Shown piece by piece: positions 51,723-63,900 of a stretch of 64,000 bases of DNA. Position numbers and translations under genes: made by a program. Each line of letters opens with the position of its first letter. The stretch's first letter is position 1. This DNA is from Torpedo marmorata (Eukaryota), in the NCBI GenBank assembly GCA_977017645.1, contig OZ360235.1, forward strand, positions 66,030,001 through 66,094,000. Direction: 5' to 3'. The notes under the pieces are model-generated. The model searched no databases and was not told the origin of the DNA. It saw nothing but the letters and a program-made list of their open reading frames with translations.

Positions 51723-53322
51723 AAGAATAGATATTCAAAAGATAATATAGCTAGATTAATTAGTTTAATTAATTTACAAAAAAAGGAAGATTTACCATTA
51801 GTATTAACGCTAGACGCCGAAAGGGCTTTTGATAGATTAGAGTGGAATTTTTTATTTAAAGTATTGGAGCAATTTGGTTTTGGAATTACATTTATTAATT
51901 GGATTAAAACTATATATAAAGAACCATCTGCTAAAGTAGTTACAAATGGACAAATTTCGTCAAGATTTCCTTTGACTCGATCGACTAGACAAGGATGTCC
52001 TTTGTCACCAGCGTTATTTATTTTGGCGATAGAACCTTTGGCAGAATTAGTTAGGAAAGATCCTAAAATAGTTGGTATTAAAGTTGGAATGGAAGAACAT
52101 AAAATTAGTTTATTTGCAGATGATGTATTGATATATATGACAAAATCTACTACATCTTTAGTACAATTGTCTGCGTTATTGAGAGAATATGGGAAAATAT
52201 CTGGATATAAAATTAATTCTGATAAAAGTGAAATTATGGCATTATCACAAGGGGATTATAGTAAATGTAAAGAAATTACACAATTTAAATGGGCAAAGGA
52301 AGAAATTAAATATTTGGGAATAAGGATTGACACAAAATTAGCTAATTTATATAAATTAAATTATTTACCATTATTTGTGAAAATAAAAAAGGATTTAGAA
52401 AATTGGAAAAATTTACCTATAACTTTAATGGGAAGAGTAAATTGTATTAAAATGAATGTTTTTCCAAGAATTCAATATCTTTTTCAATCAATTCCTTATG
52501 AAATTCCTCAAAATTTTTTCAAAGATTTAAATTCAATTATTAGAAAATTTATAAGGAAAGGAAAGTTAGCAAGAGTAGGTATGGAAAAATTAACTTGGAA
52601 TTATGAAATGGGTGGTTTACAACTTCCTAATTTCCAAAATTATTATAAAGTAGCTCAATTAAAATTTGTTAATGAATTTTTTGATTCAACTAAATCTTCT
52701 GCTTGGATTAAAATAGAACTAAATAATATAGGAGAAGATTCCAAAGAAGAAGTTATTTATAAATGGGATTCTAAATTAATATCAACAAGAAAGAAAAATT
52801 CTCCTTTTCTTAAACATTTGTTAGAAATATGGGATAAGACGGACAAGGAAATAGGAGAAAAAGGATTGATTTCTTCAAGGATGCCTTTATATCAAAATGG
52901 ACTTATTCCATTTACTATTAATAATCAATTATTTAAAATTTGGTTTCAAAAAGGAATTAAGAAAATAAATGATTGTTTTGAAGCTGGGAAATTTATTACT
53001 TTTCAAAGAATGAAAGATAAATTTAATATATTAGATAATAAACTTTTTGCTTATTATCAAATTAGAGCTTTTCTGATTGAGAAATTAGGTTATGCTTTGA
53101 TTTTACCAAGACAGAATGAATTAGAATTATTAGTTACTAAAGGAGATGTAAATAAATTTATTTCTCAAATGTATAAATTGTTTCAGAGGAAAATTCCTAA
53201 AGTAGGAATTCATAAATCAAGATTAAAATGGGAATTAGATTTGAATGTAACAATAGATGAAAATCATTGGAAAGAATTATGTAAATTAAGTATGACGAAG
53301 ATTATTAATGTTAGATATAGAT

Positions 53323-53749
53323 CGTTTCTAAGAAATGTATTGCCACTACATGGAAGTCGGATGTAGATTTGGGGTTGGAAAGATGGCACGCAGAATTGCG
53401 TTCTTGCATACCACTCGAAAAAATTACATATAATTTACGTGATAAGTATCATTTCTTTTTGGAAGTATGGAGCCCATATATAAAAATTGTGGGTTTAAGG
53501 ATTTGAAGATCTATGGACATCGGGTCTGGCTGGCGAGCCTATCCTCCACAATAAGATCAGTTTATAGTTGTTCTTTTTAGATTGACATTCTCCTTACTCT
53601 ATCCTTTTCTTCTTCTTTCTTTCTTTTCGGGAGGGTTAGGGAGGGGAGGGTGGGGGGAGGGGTGAAAATGTATCACATGTAATTTGAGAAATTTGCGTTT
53701 TAAACTGTGTATTGTGTGATTTAAAAATTTTAAATAAAATATTTAAAAA
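53323..53749 (+). mobile_element. Second short L1 3' fragment nested in L1
   Basis: Perfect 16-bp TSD AATGTTAGATATAGAT. Contains the ORF2 end, G-rich 3'UTR and A-tail. Confidence 0.9.
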
Positions 53750-55692
53750 AATGTTAGATATAGATATAGATTAGTATAATACAATTTTTTTCATCAATTA
53801 TATTTAACACCTAAAAAACTAAAGAAAAGGACCTTGGTCAAGGTGAGGTCAGAATAGAACCATGTTGAGATTAGGAAAGAGGAAGTGCTGGATCTTTAAA
53901 ACATTAAGATTGATAAGTCCCCGGGGCCGGATGAGATATACCCCAGGTTGCTATGGGATGGGAGGAAAGAGATTGCTGGGGTGTGGCGATGATCTTTGCA
54001 TCCTCCTTGGCCACAGGGGAGGTACTGGAGGATTGGAGAATGGCAAATGTGGTCCCCTTGTTTAAAAAAGGTAATAGGGAGAATCCTGGGTATTATAGGT
54101 CAGTGAATCTTATGTCAGTGGTGTGCAAGCTATTGGAGAGGATTCTTAAGGACAGGATTTATGAGCATTTGGAGAAGTACAGTCTTCTCAGGGATAGTCA
54201 GCATGGCTTTGTGAGGGGAAGGTCGTGCCTCACGAGTCTAATTGAGTTTTTTGAGGAGGTAACAAAATAAATTGATGAAGGTAGGGCGGTAGATGTGGTG
54301 TATATGGATTTTAGTAAAACATTTGACATGAATGACTCGTTCAGAAAGTCATGAGGCATGGGATTCATGGAACCTTGGCTGTGTGGATTCAGAATTGACT
54401 TGTCTATAGAAAGCAGAGAGTAGTAGTGGGACCCCGCTCTTTGTGATTTTTATAAATGACCTAGATGAAGAGGCGGAAGGATGGGTCAGCAAGTTTGCGG
54501 ATGATACGAAGGTTGGAGGAGTTGTGGATAGTGTTAAAGGTTGTCGTAGGTTACAAAAGGATATAGACAGGATGCAGAGTTGGGCGGAAAAGTGGCAGAT
54601 GGAGTTCAATCCGGATAAGTGTGAGTTGATGCATTTTGGAAGGTCAAACCTGAAGGCTGAGTATAGGGTTAATGGTCAGATACTTAAAAGTGTGGAAGAA
54701 CAGAGGGACCTTGGGGTCCAAATCCATAGATCTCTCAAGGTTGCCGCGCATGTTGATAGGATAGTTAAGAAGGCCTATGGGATGCTGGGCTTCATTAGTC
54801 AGGGGATTGAGTTCAAGAGTAGAGAGGTTATGTAGCAGCTCTACAAATCCCTGGTGAGACCACACTTAGAATATGGTGTTCAGTTCTGGTCACCTCATTA
54901 TCGGAAGGATGTGGAGGTGGGGGGTGCTGAACAAACTTACCAGGATGTTGCCTGGATTGGAAAATAAGTCTGATGAGGCAAGGTTAGCAGAGCTAGGACT
55001 TTTCTCTTTGGAGTGAAGGAAGATGGGAGGAGACTTAATCGAGGGTGACAAGATTCTGAGAGGCATAGACAAGGTAGACAGCTAGCGCCTTTTCCCAGGG
55101 CAGGACTAGCAAACACCAGAGGACATCTGTACAAAGTGAAGGGAGGAAAGTTTAGGGGAGACATTAGGGGTAAGTTTTTTTTTTTTACACAGAGTTGTGG
55201 GTGCCTGGAATGCCTTGCCAGGGGTGGTGGTGGAGGCTGAAACATTAGGGGCATTTCAGAGACTCTGAGACAGGCACATTGATGAAAGAAAAATAGAGGA
55301 TTACGAGGTAGGAAGGGCTTAGCTTTTTTTGATTGGGATACATGGGTTGGCACAACATCAAGGGCCGAAGGGCCTGTACCCTGCTGCAGTATTCTACGTT
55401 CTTCTATTCATGACTCGATAATTGTGTTAACATTTTTATTTTGTACATTTTGAGCAGATGAGAATGATTGCTATAACTTCTCCCGATTTCAAAGATTTTT
55501 TCTGAAAGTACGTTAGATCTGAAGTAATTTGTGTTAAATGCTAGATTACAAAACAAATAGAAAAATACCAGTGCAAGATGTACTGTGCTACATGACTTTT
55601 ATAGGACACCTTGATGATACCAAAATTCATCGTGTATCAACAGTTATTTCGCATTGCCTAAAAACGGAAGCTTGACACCAGTAAACCACTTA

Positions 55693-56661
55693 CCGTATTT
55701 GACGGCATATAGGATCCACTGGCATATAGGAACCCCCCCCCCACCATTTTTAGCGTGAGATTTCAGGAAAAATTTGTTTTAGTGTATTTACCTTCTCAGC
55801 AGCAACACGTCCTCCTGCCCGCCGCACGCCGAGGCTCAAGCTGCTTCCCCCCCACAGTCCAAACGCTAATTGATTGACAGGTGTGACGGGACCTGTGGGC
55901 GTGCGAGGGTGGGAGGGAGAGAAGCCAGGACAACGGGCATGGCCCAGGCCCACCGTCGTGGGGAGCAGACGATCTATCGCTTGCTTTGAGGGGAGCGCTG
56001 GGCCTCGGTGATCAGGCTCCATGCTGACCCTTTGTTCGACGTGCACGGCCCCTCAAACAGATTGAATGAGGTGCGGGTGGCAGTGAGCGAGCGGGCGGCC
56101 TGTTGAGCTGAGCTTGACAGGCCGCTCGCTCACTGCCACCCGCTCCAGCGCCTCATTCAATTTGCTCTATGGTTCGTGTTCGTCGAACAAAGGCTGATCA
56201 TCGAGGCCCAGCGCTCCCCTCAAAGCACTGTTGGTGAGAGCGAACGGGCGGGGAGAGAGCGGGTGAGAGTGAGCGGGCGGGGAGAGAGCGGGCGAGTGCG
56301 AGCGGGCGGGCGGGGAGAGAGCAAGCGGGCGGGGAGAGAGCGGGCGAGTGCGAGCGGGCGGGGAGAGCGAACGGCGGGGAGGGAGCGGGCGAGAGCGAGC
56401 TAGCGGGCGGGTGGGGAGAGTGAACGGGAGGGAGAGAATGAGCCTTCTTACCGGGGGAAGTGAGCGGCGGCGGCGGCGAGTCCGGAAAGCACGGGCCACC
56501 CAAGGGAATGTGGTCCGCAAAGCTGTGGTCCCGCTTCCTGGACTCCACTCGGTGCCCAAAATGGCAGCACCAAAATGTCACCTTCGCGTATAAGACCCGG
56601 GGTAGTTTTTGAGGCGATTTTTTGGTAAAAAAAGGGGGGTCTTATATGCCGTCAAATTCGG
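55693..56661. mobile_element. Tc1/mariner (Tc2-like) MITE with internal long palindrome and GC-rich repeat
   Basis: TIR CCGTATTTGACGGCATATA versus TATATGCCGTCAAATTCGG, flanked by TA on both sides. Confidence 0.85.
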
Positions 56662-57358
56662 TATTTGCCTGATTCACTTTTCACGTCCATTCCAGTTATG
56701 ATGGAAGGAGCGGTTCCTAATTTACAACCACATCTGGCCTGCTCAGCCTCCTGCTGTCTACTTCCTGGTCCACTGGTTAGTACCTGGTCCCAGATCAGCT
56801 CTCATTCCAGAGACTCCAGTTCTTCTACCTCTTGACTGTACAACAGGTAAGATGTTAGAATTCACTGGGTCTGCAGAAATAAATTTGGTGAAGGTTCTTT
56901 GCTCTGAACAATAGGGACAACCAGAATGAAAGTTAAAAAAATATTTCAAGCACGAAGTGTTTCACAGGCAGAGCTAAAGAATATTTGTTTTAAATATTTT
57001 GGGTCTGTACAAAACTTACTGAGATATCATTGGCTACATAACAAGCAAACATTAGAGAGGTCAAAAAGCTGGAATGGAGGCACAAGATTCCAAAGGTTTC
57101 TATTTTGAAGTTAAACTTACAATGTTGTCCATCACCACAAAACTACAAGCTGATATAACACAACAGAACAACTACAAAAATGGCATTAGATTTTCATGGC
57201 ATTAGGGTTCTGTAGTTTCTTCAATACCAGAGCCGACAGTTCATAAATATATATTCTTTTCAACACAGTAAGCAAATAAACAGTGCATTTTTCAATTCAG
57301 CAACATTCAAGTGACTGCTGTATCCTCTTAGGGACACCAGGATATGTGATTAAGAGGT

Positions 57359-57415
57359 TCACCACATGTGTGTTTCTCGTATTTCTGCAATAACCTGACT
57401 GGCTCGTTGTAAGGC
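57359..57415 (-). CDS. DNM1L: Dynamin-1-like protein (Drp1), last coding exon
   Basis: Acceptor cttcttcccacacag. Reads ALQRASQVIAEIRETHMW*, compared with human ALQGASQIIAEIRETHLW. Confidence 0.93.
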   Translation of the reverse strand, partial: ALQRASQVIAEIRETHMW

Positions 57416-57588
57416 CTGTGTGGGAAGAAGAGGTACTGTCAGTTTTTACACTTGCACAATATGTGATCAGCTCTGTTATAAATGTTTTGCATTCATTAAC
57501 TTGTTAGCCACAAGAATTTGCCAATAAAAAAGCAAATATGGTACAAGCATGAAAAAGTTGCCATAGACCGAAGACAGTTATTCTAGAC

Positions 57589-57798
57589 TAGCCATTCTCA
57601 ACGGGGTCCACAGCACATTTAAGGGGGGAGGGGGCACGGACTTAAATAATAATATATTTTTTATGTTTTTATGTAGTCGGTAGGAGAGACGTACAGAGAA
57701 AAACCAACTAAACTTGGCTGCTTCACAGGGAAGGGACCCCATAAACTTTGAGCAGAGTCCTAAGGGGGCCTTAGCCGATAAAAGGTTGAGAATGGCTG
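57589..57798. mobile_element. hAT MITE in DNM1L last intron
   Basis: TIR TAGCCATTCTCAAC / GTTGAGAATGGCTG with 8-bp TSD ttctagac/ttcgagac. Confidence 0.8.
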
Positions 57799-58014
57799 TT
57801 CGAGACTGATGAGATACTTGCTCATGCACATGCTTATTTTAAGCAAGTTTGATTCCAACAAACCAAGCAACGGAGAAATCAAACATTTGCTTTTGTTTAA
57901 AAACTGAGAACAAGTAGTGCTATCCAGTTAGGAATGATGCATATTCATCATATCACTTTGCTTATTTATGAACTACGGGTTATGAACATTTCTTTTGAAA
58001 TTACCAATTAATAC

Positions 58015-58174
58015 CTTAAGCATGTCTGCAGCTTCCTTCCTGCGCTGGGCCATGTCTTCGGATTCGGTAAGGAGATCTTCCAACAGCATTGACTTGTATA
58101 GTTGACCAACCAGTTCACTTTGGAGATTGTCCTTCACATAATTAACTAGAAAATTCATCACAGCTTTTGGTACG
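58015..58174 (-). CDS. DNM1L: Dynamin-1-like protein (Drp1), penultimate exon (GED domain)
   Basis: ag/gt boundaries. Reads (S)[53 protein letters not shown] and splices in phase to 57415. Orthologue versus paralogue is not resolved. Confidence 0.93.
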
Positions 58175-58789
58175 CTAAGAGGAGAAGGATATTAAGAGTG
58201 TTTATTCATTCAAAGCAACTAAACGAAAAATGTCTAATTGTCTTAAATGATTTTGGACAAGCTCAATTAAGTAATAGAGGAGAACTGTTCTCAATGTAAA
58301 TTTAACACCATAAATGTGTGGCATCCTCAATTTTTAAAATGTTATCAACTTTCAAACTGCTTATATTTGAACCCAAATTTTGGGGTGAATAGGTAATAAC
58401 CCTTGTATTATTGAGCTGCATTTCAGTAACTAAGGGCCTTGTCAATAAGTCTATGATAAAAATGTTTCCTAATAAAAGCCAGTTATGGATAAACCTTGAA
58501 ATGTTTGAATAGCAGAAATCCAAAGGCCATTCCCATTATATCTTAAAATAGGCTAAACTGAAATGGTTTCACAAAGCAATGGTAAAACTAAAAGCAAATT
58601 GCTGAAAACACTTGGTAATTCAGGCAGAATGTGAATATCAGATCATATACTGGCCTGGCTAAATTTGCTCAGGTTTTTGTGAAGAACAGATCACTGCTGT
58701 AAAAACTAAGCCAAAAAAAAAAAAATACTCAGCAAAGTACATTTTACTCAAGGTTAGCTTACTGCTTAATAAATTGTCAGATATATTCA

Positions 58790-59960
58790 GAAATGTGGAC
58801 TCTATGAATATATATGTGCCAAATACGGAAGATGAACAATTTATTCAAGATTCTTTTATGCATTTATCAGAAGCAAATGATAATATTTTAATTGGTGGGG
58901 ACTTTAATTGTTGTTTGGATCCAATAATAGATAAAACATCAAAAACAATTTTTAGAACTAAAACTGCAAAAAAAATTCTTTCTTTGATGAAAGATTTGAA
59001 TTTAATAGATATTTGGAGGAAGTTGAATCCAAGAGAAAAAGACTATTCATTTTATTCTTTTAGACATGATTCTTATTCTAGAATAGATACGTTTTTATTG
59101 TCATCACAATTGGAAGATAGGGTGACTCAAGCACAATATAAAGCAAGAATAATTTCTGATCATTCGCCTCTATTAATGTCATGTATAATTCCAGATAAAG
59201 AAAAAATTATATATAGATGGAGATTTAATTCTTATTTATTGAAAAGAACGGATTTCTGTAATTATATAAGAGAAATTCAAGAATTTTTACAGATTAATTC
59301 TAATTCGATTCAAAATAAATTTATTATTTGGGAAGCTTTAAAGGATTATTTGAGAGGTCAAATAATAAGTTATTCAGCAAAGGTTAAAAAGGAATATGTT
59401 CAGGAATTAGATAATTTGGAGAAGGAGATTGAGTTTCTGGAGAAGGATTTACAAAAGAAGAGATCAGAAGAAAAGAGGAGGAATTTAATTGGGAAAAATT
59501 TGTATTATAATACTTTACAAACATATAAAATGGAAAAATTAATTGAAAGAACTAAGCAAAGATATTATGAATTGGGAGAAAGAGCGCATAAAGTGTTGGC
59601 GTGGCAATTAAAGAAAGAACAAGTTTCTAGAACGATAAATGCCATAAAAAAGAATTCAAAGAAAATAACATATAAACCTCGAGAAATAAATGATTCTTTT
59701 AGGGAATTCTATTTAAATTTATATAAATCTCAAACTGATAAAGATGATTCCAAAATTAATGCATTTTTATCTAAAATTAAATTACCTAGATTGAATATTC
59801 AAAATAAGGAACTTTTAGATTCAGCATTTACGATAAGAGAAGTTAGTGAGGTTCTTAGTTCTTTAAAAAGTGGAAAATCTCAGGGGGAGGACGGTTTCCC
59901 ACCAGAATTTTATAAAGAATTTAAAGATTTATTGATACCTCCATATATGGAGGTGTTAAA
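58790..59960 (+). mobile_element. L1-clade ORF2 fragment (endonuclease to pre-RT) cut by the LTR element
   Basis: NIYVPN, GGDFN, DIWR, SRID, ISDHSP and KSQGEDGFPPEFYK motifs. Confidence 0.9.
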
Positions 59961-60840
59961 TGTTATGGATCATGACTGACCATTTGGACTGCGGACGGTC
60001 AGCAGGAAGGATGAAGTCTTTTGGAGTATACACTGGGGCCAGGTACTGAAAGAGTTAACTTCCCCAGCTACTTGGTGTACCCAGACAAGATACATTGTTG
60101 CACTCTTGGTGTACCCAGACAGAGAGAGACCAGAGAGAGAGAGAGAGACAGAATGTGGACAAGATACATTTGTTTCACTTTTGCAAAAAGCAGGTGTAGT
60201 TCACTGCACAAGGCAGACAGTTGTAAGTTGCAAAGGCTAGAGTGCACAGCCAGAGAGAAAAGACTGGCAGAATAGCACATGGCCTCCTGTCTCAGAGAAA
60301 TTCTGAGAAAAAGCAACTTCTGTGGAGAACAGGCGTGAGATCAGCGAGACTAGCTGTGAGATTCAAGCATACGCCTAAATCAGTGGTATACTGATCTGAA
60401 CTCGAAATCCTTATGAACATACAAGAAGGGGACGTCATCAGAGAAGAAAACAAGTATTTGTAAGCATAAACAATCATTGTCTCTCTCCAACGTTCATTCA
60501 GAAGTACTTCTACCAGACACAGAGCTGAAGTTGAAGCCTGAACTTAGAGAGTGAATTTTGTAGACTGTATTATCCTTTTTTTTTGACTGACTTGTTTTTT
60601 ATGACTGACCTGGGGTTTTTTGGGGAAAGTTTTTCCATTTTTACATAAGGGTTGGGCACAGACTGTAATGGTCTGGGCTTTACACACACACACCTTTTAG
60701 ATAAGAATAGTGTTTATAGACGTTTATAGTGGGGTTAATTGTTGTGAAATTATATGTTTAATTGTCTTTAATAAATAGTAATTTCAATTTTACCCCTTTT
60801 GCATTGCGTCTTCTGTCGTTGCTGGTTTGAATTTGTAACA
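59961..60840 (+). mobile_element. 5' LTR of Gmr1-like Ty3/Gypsy retrotransposon
   Basis: TGTTA...TAACA termini, homologous to solo LTR 7506-8325, and followed by a primer-binding site. Confidence 0.93.
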
Positions 60841-60843
60841 AAT

Positions 60844-60867
60844 TGGGGGCTCGTCCTAGGATTTGAA
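60844..60867 (+). promoter_or_regulatory. tRNA-Pro primer binding site
   Basis: TGGGGGCTCGTCCtaGGATTTGAA versus the tRNA-Pro 3' complement TGGGGGCTCGTCCGGGATTTGAA, 3 nt after the LTR. Confidence 0.85.
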
Positions 60868-60978
60868 TCAAAATCCATCTTGGTAATTGAAGGAATCCCA
60901 GTTTGGTTTAAGGCATTCCTTTTGTAAAGCTAATTAAAAGCTAGTGTGTGTGTAACAAAAAAAAAAAACCCAGCAACA

Positions 60979-63900
60979 ATGGATGTAGAACATTTTTTGA
61001 AATTACCTGAACCTGATACTTTAAAAAAGGCGAAAAAGGAACAGTTAGTGGCTATAGCAACAGAGTTGGGCATTGCTTCTGTAAAACCATCTATGAAAAA
61101 GGCAGAGATTGGGAGAAAAATAGTCAAATACTATATAAAAGAAAAAAAATTTGAGGAGAGCATGTTAGAGCAGTTTCCCAAGGGTAAACCTTCTGAAAAC
61201 ATACAGTTGGAACTAAAGAAATTGGAATTAGAGTCAGACAGGGAACAAAAGAACAGGGATTTGGAACAAAAGAAATTAGAATTGGAATTGGAACGAAAGA
61301 GATTAGACATGGAGATAGACAGAGAACAAAAGAGATATGAGAACAAGGAGAAAAATAGGAAATATGAGCTGGAAAAGATGAGGTTGGAAAATGAGAGGAG
61401 ACAAGAAGAGCGCCAAGATCAAATTCGTCATCCTGCTGAGAGGTTTTTGGCTAGTAGGGAAGTTAGGTTGGTTCCTCCATCTGAGGAGGCAGAAATAGAT
61501 AAGTACTTCCAACATTTTGAGAAGGTGGCTGTGAAATTAAAATGGCCACAAGACCAATGGTCTCTTATGTTACAAAGTGTAATTAAAGGAAAAGCTCAGC
61601 AAGCTTATTCTACTCTTACCACGGAGCAAGCTGCTGATTATGAAACGGTGAAAAAGGCTATACTCCAGGCTTATGAGTTAGTTCCAGAGGCTTATACACA
61701 GAAGTTTAGAAATTTAAAAAGATCAGCAACCCAATCTTATACAGAGTTTGCCTATGAAAAAGTTGTGTGTTTTGACAGGTGGTGCACATCTGAGGAAGTA
61801 AATAATGATTACAATCAATTGAGAGAATTGATAATAATCGAGGAGATAAAAAGGTGTGTTCCTGAGGATATTAAGGCATACTTAGATGAAAAGGAGGTGA
61901 AAACTTGGCAAAATTCAGCTAAGTTAGCAGATGAATATGCTTTAACCCACAAGCCTAAGTGGACGTCAGGTAGAATTTTCCAAAAGGTCACTGTGGATAA
62001 TCAGAAGCAAGTGGAAAGTAAATTTGGAAGTGGTGTTAAGGAAAGGGATGAAGGAAAGTGGAAAAGGGAAAACAATTCGGGTCCTATTTGCCACTACTGT
62101 AGGAAGGCTGGTCATATGCTAGCAAGCTGTCCCGTGTTGAAAAAGAAGAGAGAAAAGGATGCAACACCTAATGCTTGTATTCAGAGTGAGAAGATGCATA
62201 ACACCCAGGAAGGAGATAAATTTACTGACAACGTTAAAGATGTATTTAAACCTTTTGTGACTGATGGTTTTGTTTCAGTTAAGGCAGGATCAAAACAAGT
62301 GCCAGTGAAAATCTTGCGAGATACTGGAGCTGCTCAGTCACTTGTGTTAGATAGTGTCTTGGAATTTTGTGAAGCTACTGACACCGGTGACATAAATTTA
62401 ATTAAAGGAATAGGTGGTGAGGTTGAGTCCATTTCTTTGCACAAAATAGTATTGGACTCAGACTTGGTGGAAAGACCAGTTATAATAGGAGTGAGATCAG
62501 AGTTGCCCGTAGGAGTCTCACTGTTTTTAGGCAATGACTTGGCCAAGGGTAAAGTAGTTCCTGCAGTGCGAATGACCACTAAGCCAGTCATTGATAAGTT
62601 AGAGAAAGACTCTGATATTTATCCGGCATGTGCCATAACCAGGGCCATGTCTAAGAAAAATGTCACTGTAGAGAAGGCAGTGGAAAATAACTTGGTAAAA
62701 GAAAAAGTAAGTCATAATCAAGAAAACCTGGAAAAGGTTGAGCAATCTCCTATGTTACACCCATCCACTGATAAGATACCTAAAGGCACAGATTTGTCAC
62801 TATCCCGACAGGAGTTAATAGCAAGGCAAAAGGACGATCCTGATCTTGCTGAGGTGAGGGATAAGGTTCTCTCTGAAGAGGAGATTAAAAAGGTGCCAGT
62901 GGGTTATTATGGAAAAGATGGGGTGTTGATGAGAAAGTGGAGACCATGTGATGTTCCTGCCAATGAAGAATGGGCAGTAGTGCAGCAGGTTGTGATCCCT
63001 AAAGTATATAGGGATGCAATAATAACTTTGGCTCATACTACACCCTTAGGTGGTCATCTTGGGGTGAAGAAAACTGTAAGGAAGATAATGAAACAATTTT
63101 ATTGGCCCAGTTTAAGAAGGGAGGTTGTAAGCTTTTGCCGGGCCTGTCACACTTGTCAGGTGGTGGGTAAACCTAATCAGGGTCCCCCGGTGGCACCCTT
63201 GCAACCTATCCCTGCTTTCAGTGAGCCTTTCTCGAGAGTAATTGTGGACTGTGTTGGCCCATTGCCCAAAACCAAAGCGGGGAATGAGTATTTGTTAACA
63301 ATTATGTGTGCAGCCACCAGATTTCCAGAGGCCATTCCTCTGAGAAACATTAAAGCAAAGTCAATTGTAAAGGCTATGGTAAAGTTTTTCACCTTGGTAG
63401 GTTTGCCAAGGGAAATTCAATCAGATCAGGGCAGTAATTTCATGTCAGCCGTTTTCCAACAAGTGGTTGATGGACTAGGAATTAAACAGATTGTATCCTC
63501 TGCGTACCATCCAGAAAGTCAAGGGGCTTTGGAGAGGTTCCATTCGACTTTGAAAACCATGATTAGAACCTATTGTTGTGAGAAGGAAAAGGATTGGGAT
63601 GAGGGGGTTCATTTGTTGTTATTTGCAGCGAGGGAGTCTGTCCAAGACTCACTTGGTTTTAGTCCATTCGAGTTAGTTTTCGGACATGAGGTGAGAGGTC
63701 CTTTAAGATTATTAAAAGAACAGTGGATTAATCGTGATGTGCATTTAAATCTGTTAGATTATGTTTCCAAATTTAAGGATCGATTGCATAGGGCTTGTGA
63801 GATGGCAAAGGAGAATTTAAAGGCCACTCAACAGAGAATGAAGGTTTGGTATGATCGAAAGGCGAAGATGAGAACTTTTAAACCTGGTGAGAACGTATTA

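Larger units (their letters stand above)
51069..53822 (+). mobile_element. L1-clade LINE, truncated at both ends
   Basis: Perfect 16-bp TSD AGAAAAGGACCTTGGT (51053-51068, 53823-53838). RT ORF 51864-53366. Ends inside ORF2 at LYLTPKKL. Confidence 0.9.
50338..55405 (+). mobile_element. CR1 LINE (EN end, RT, tail) hosting nested L1s
   Basis: AILDLVL..EHFCDSDHN and KENPKEFYAYVK, then after 53823 QHGFVRGRSCL, FADDTKVGG and tail GGGCCGAAGGGCCTG. Confidence 0.9.

Noticed and set aside
56081-56135. AAV ITR / Rep-binding-like CAGTGAGCGAGC...GCTCGCTCACTG
   Set aside because: Only a 12-nt match, the arms are in the opposite order to AAV ITRs, there is no T-shaped hairpin or rep/cap sequence, and it lies inside a TA-flanked MITE.
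56758-56949. Alternative DNM1L terminal exon (acceptor-like tttctgcag at ~56871)
   Set aside because: No recognisable homology. The canonical last exon already ends the protein, so this needs RNA evidence.
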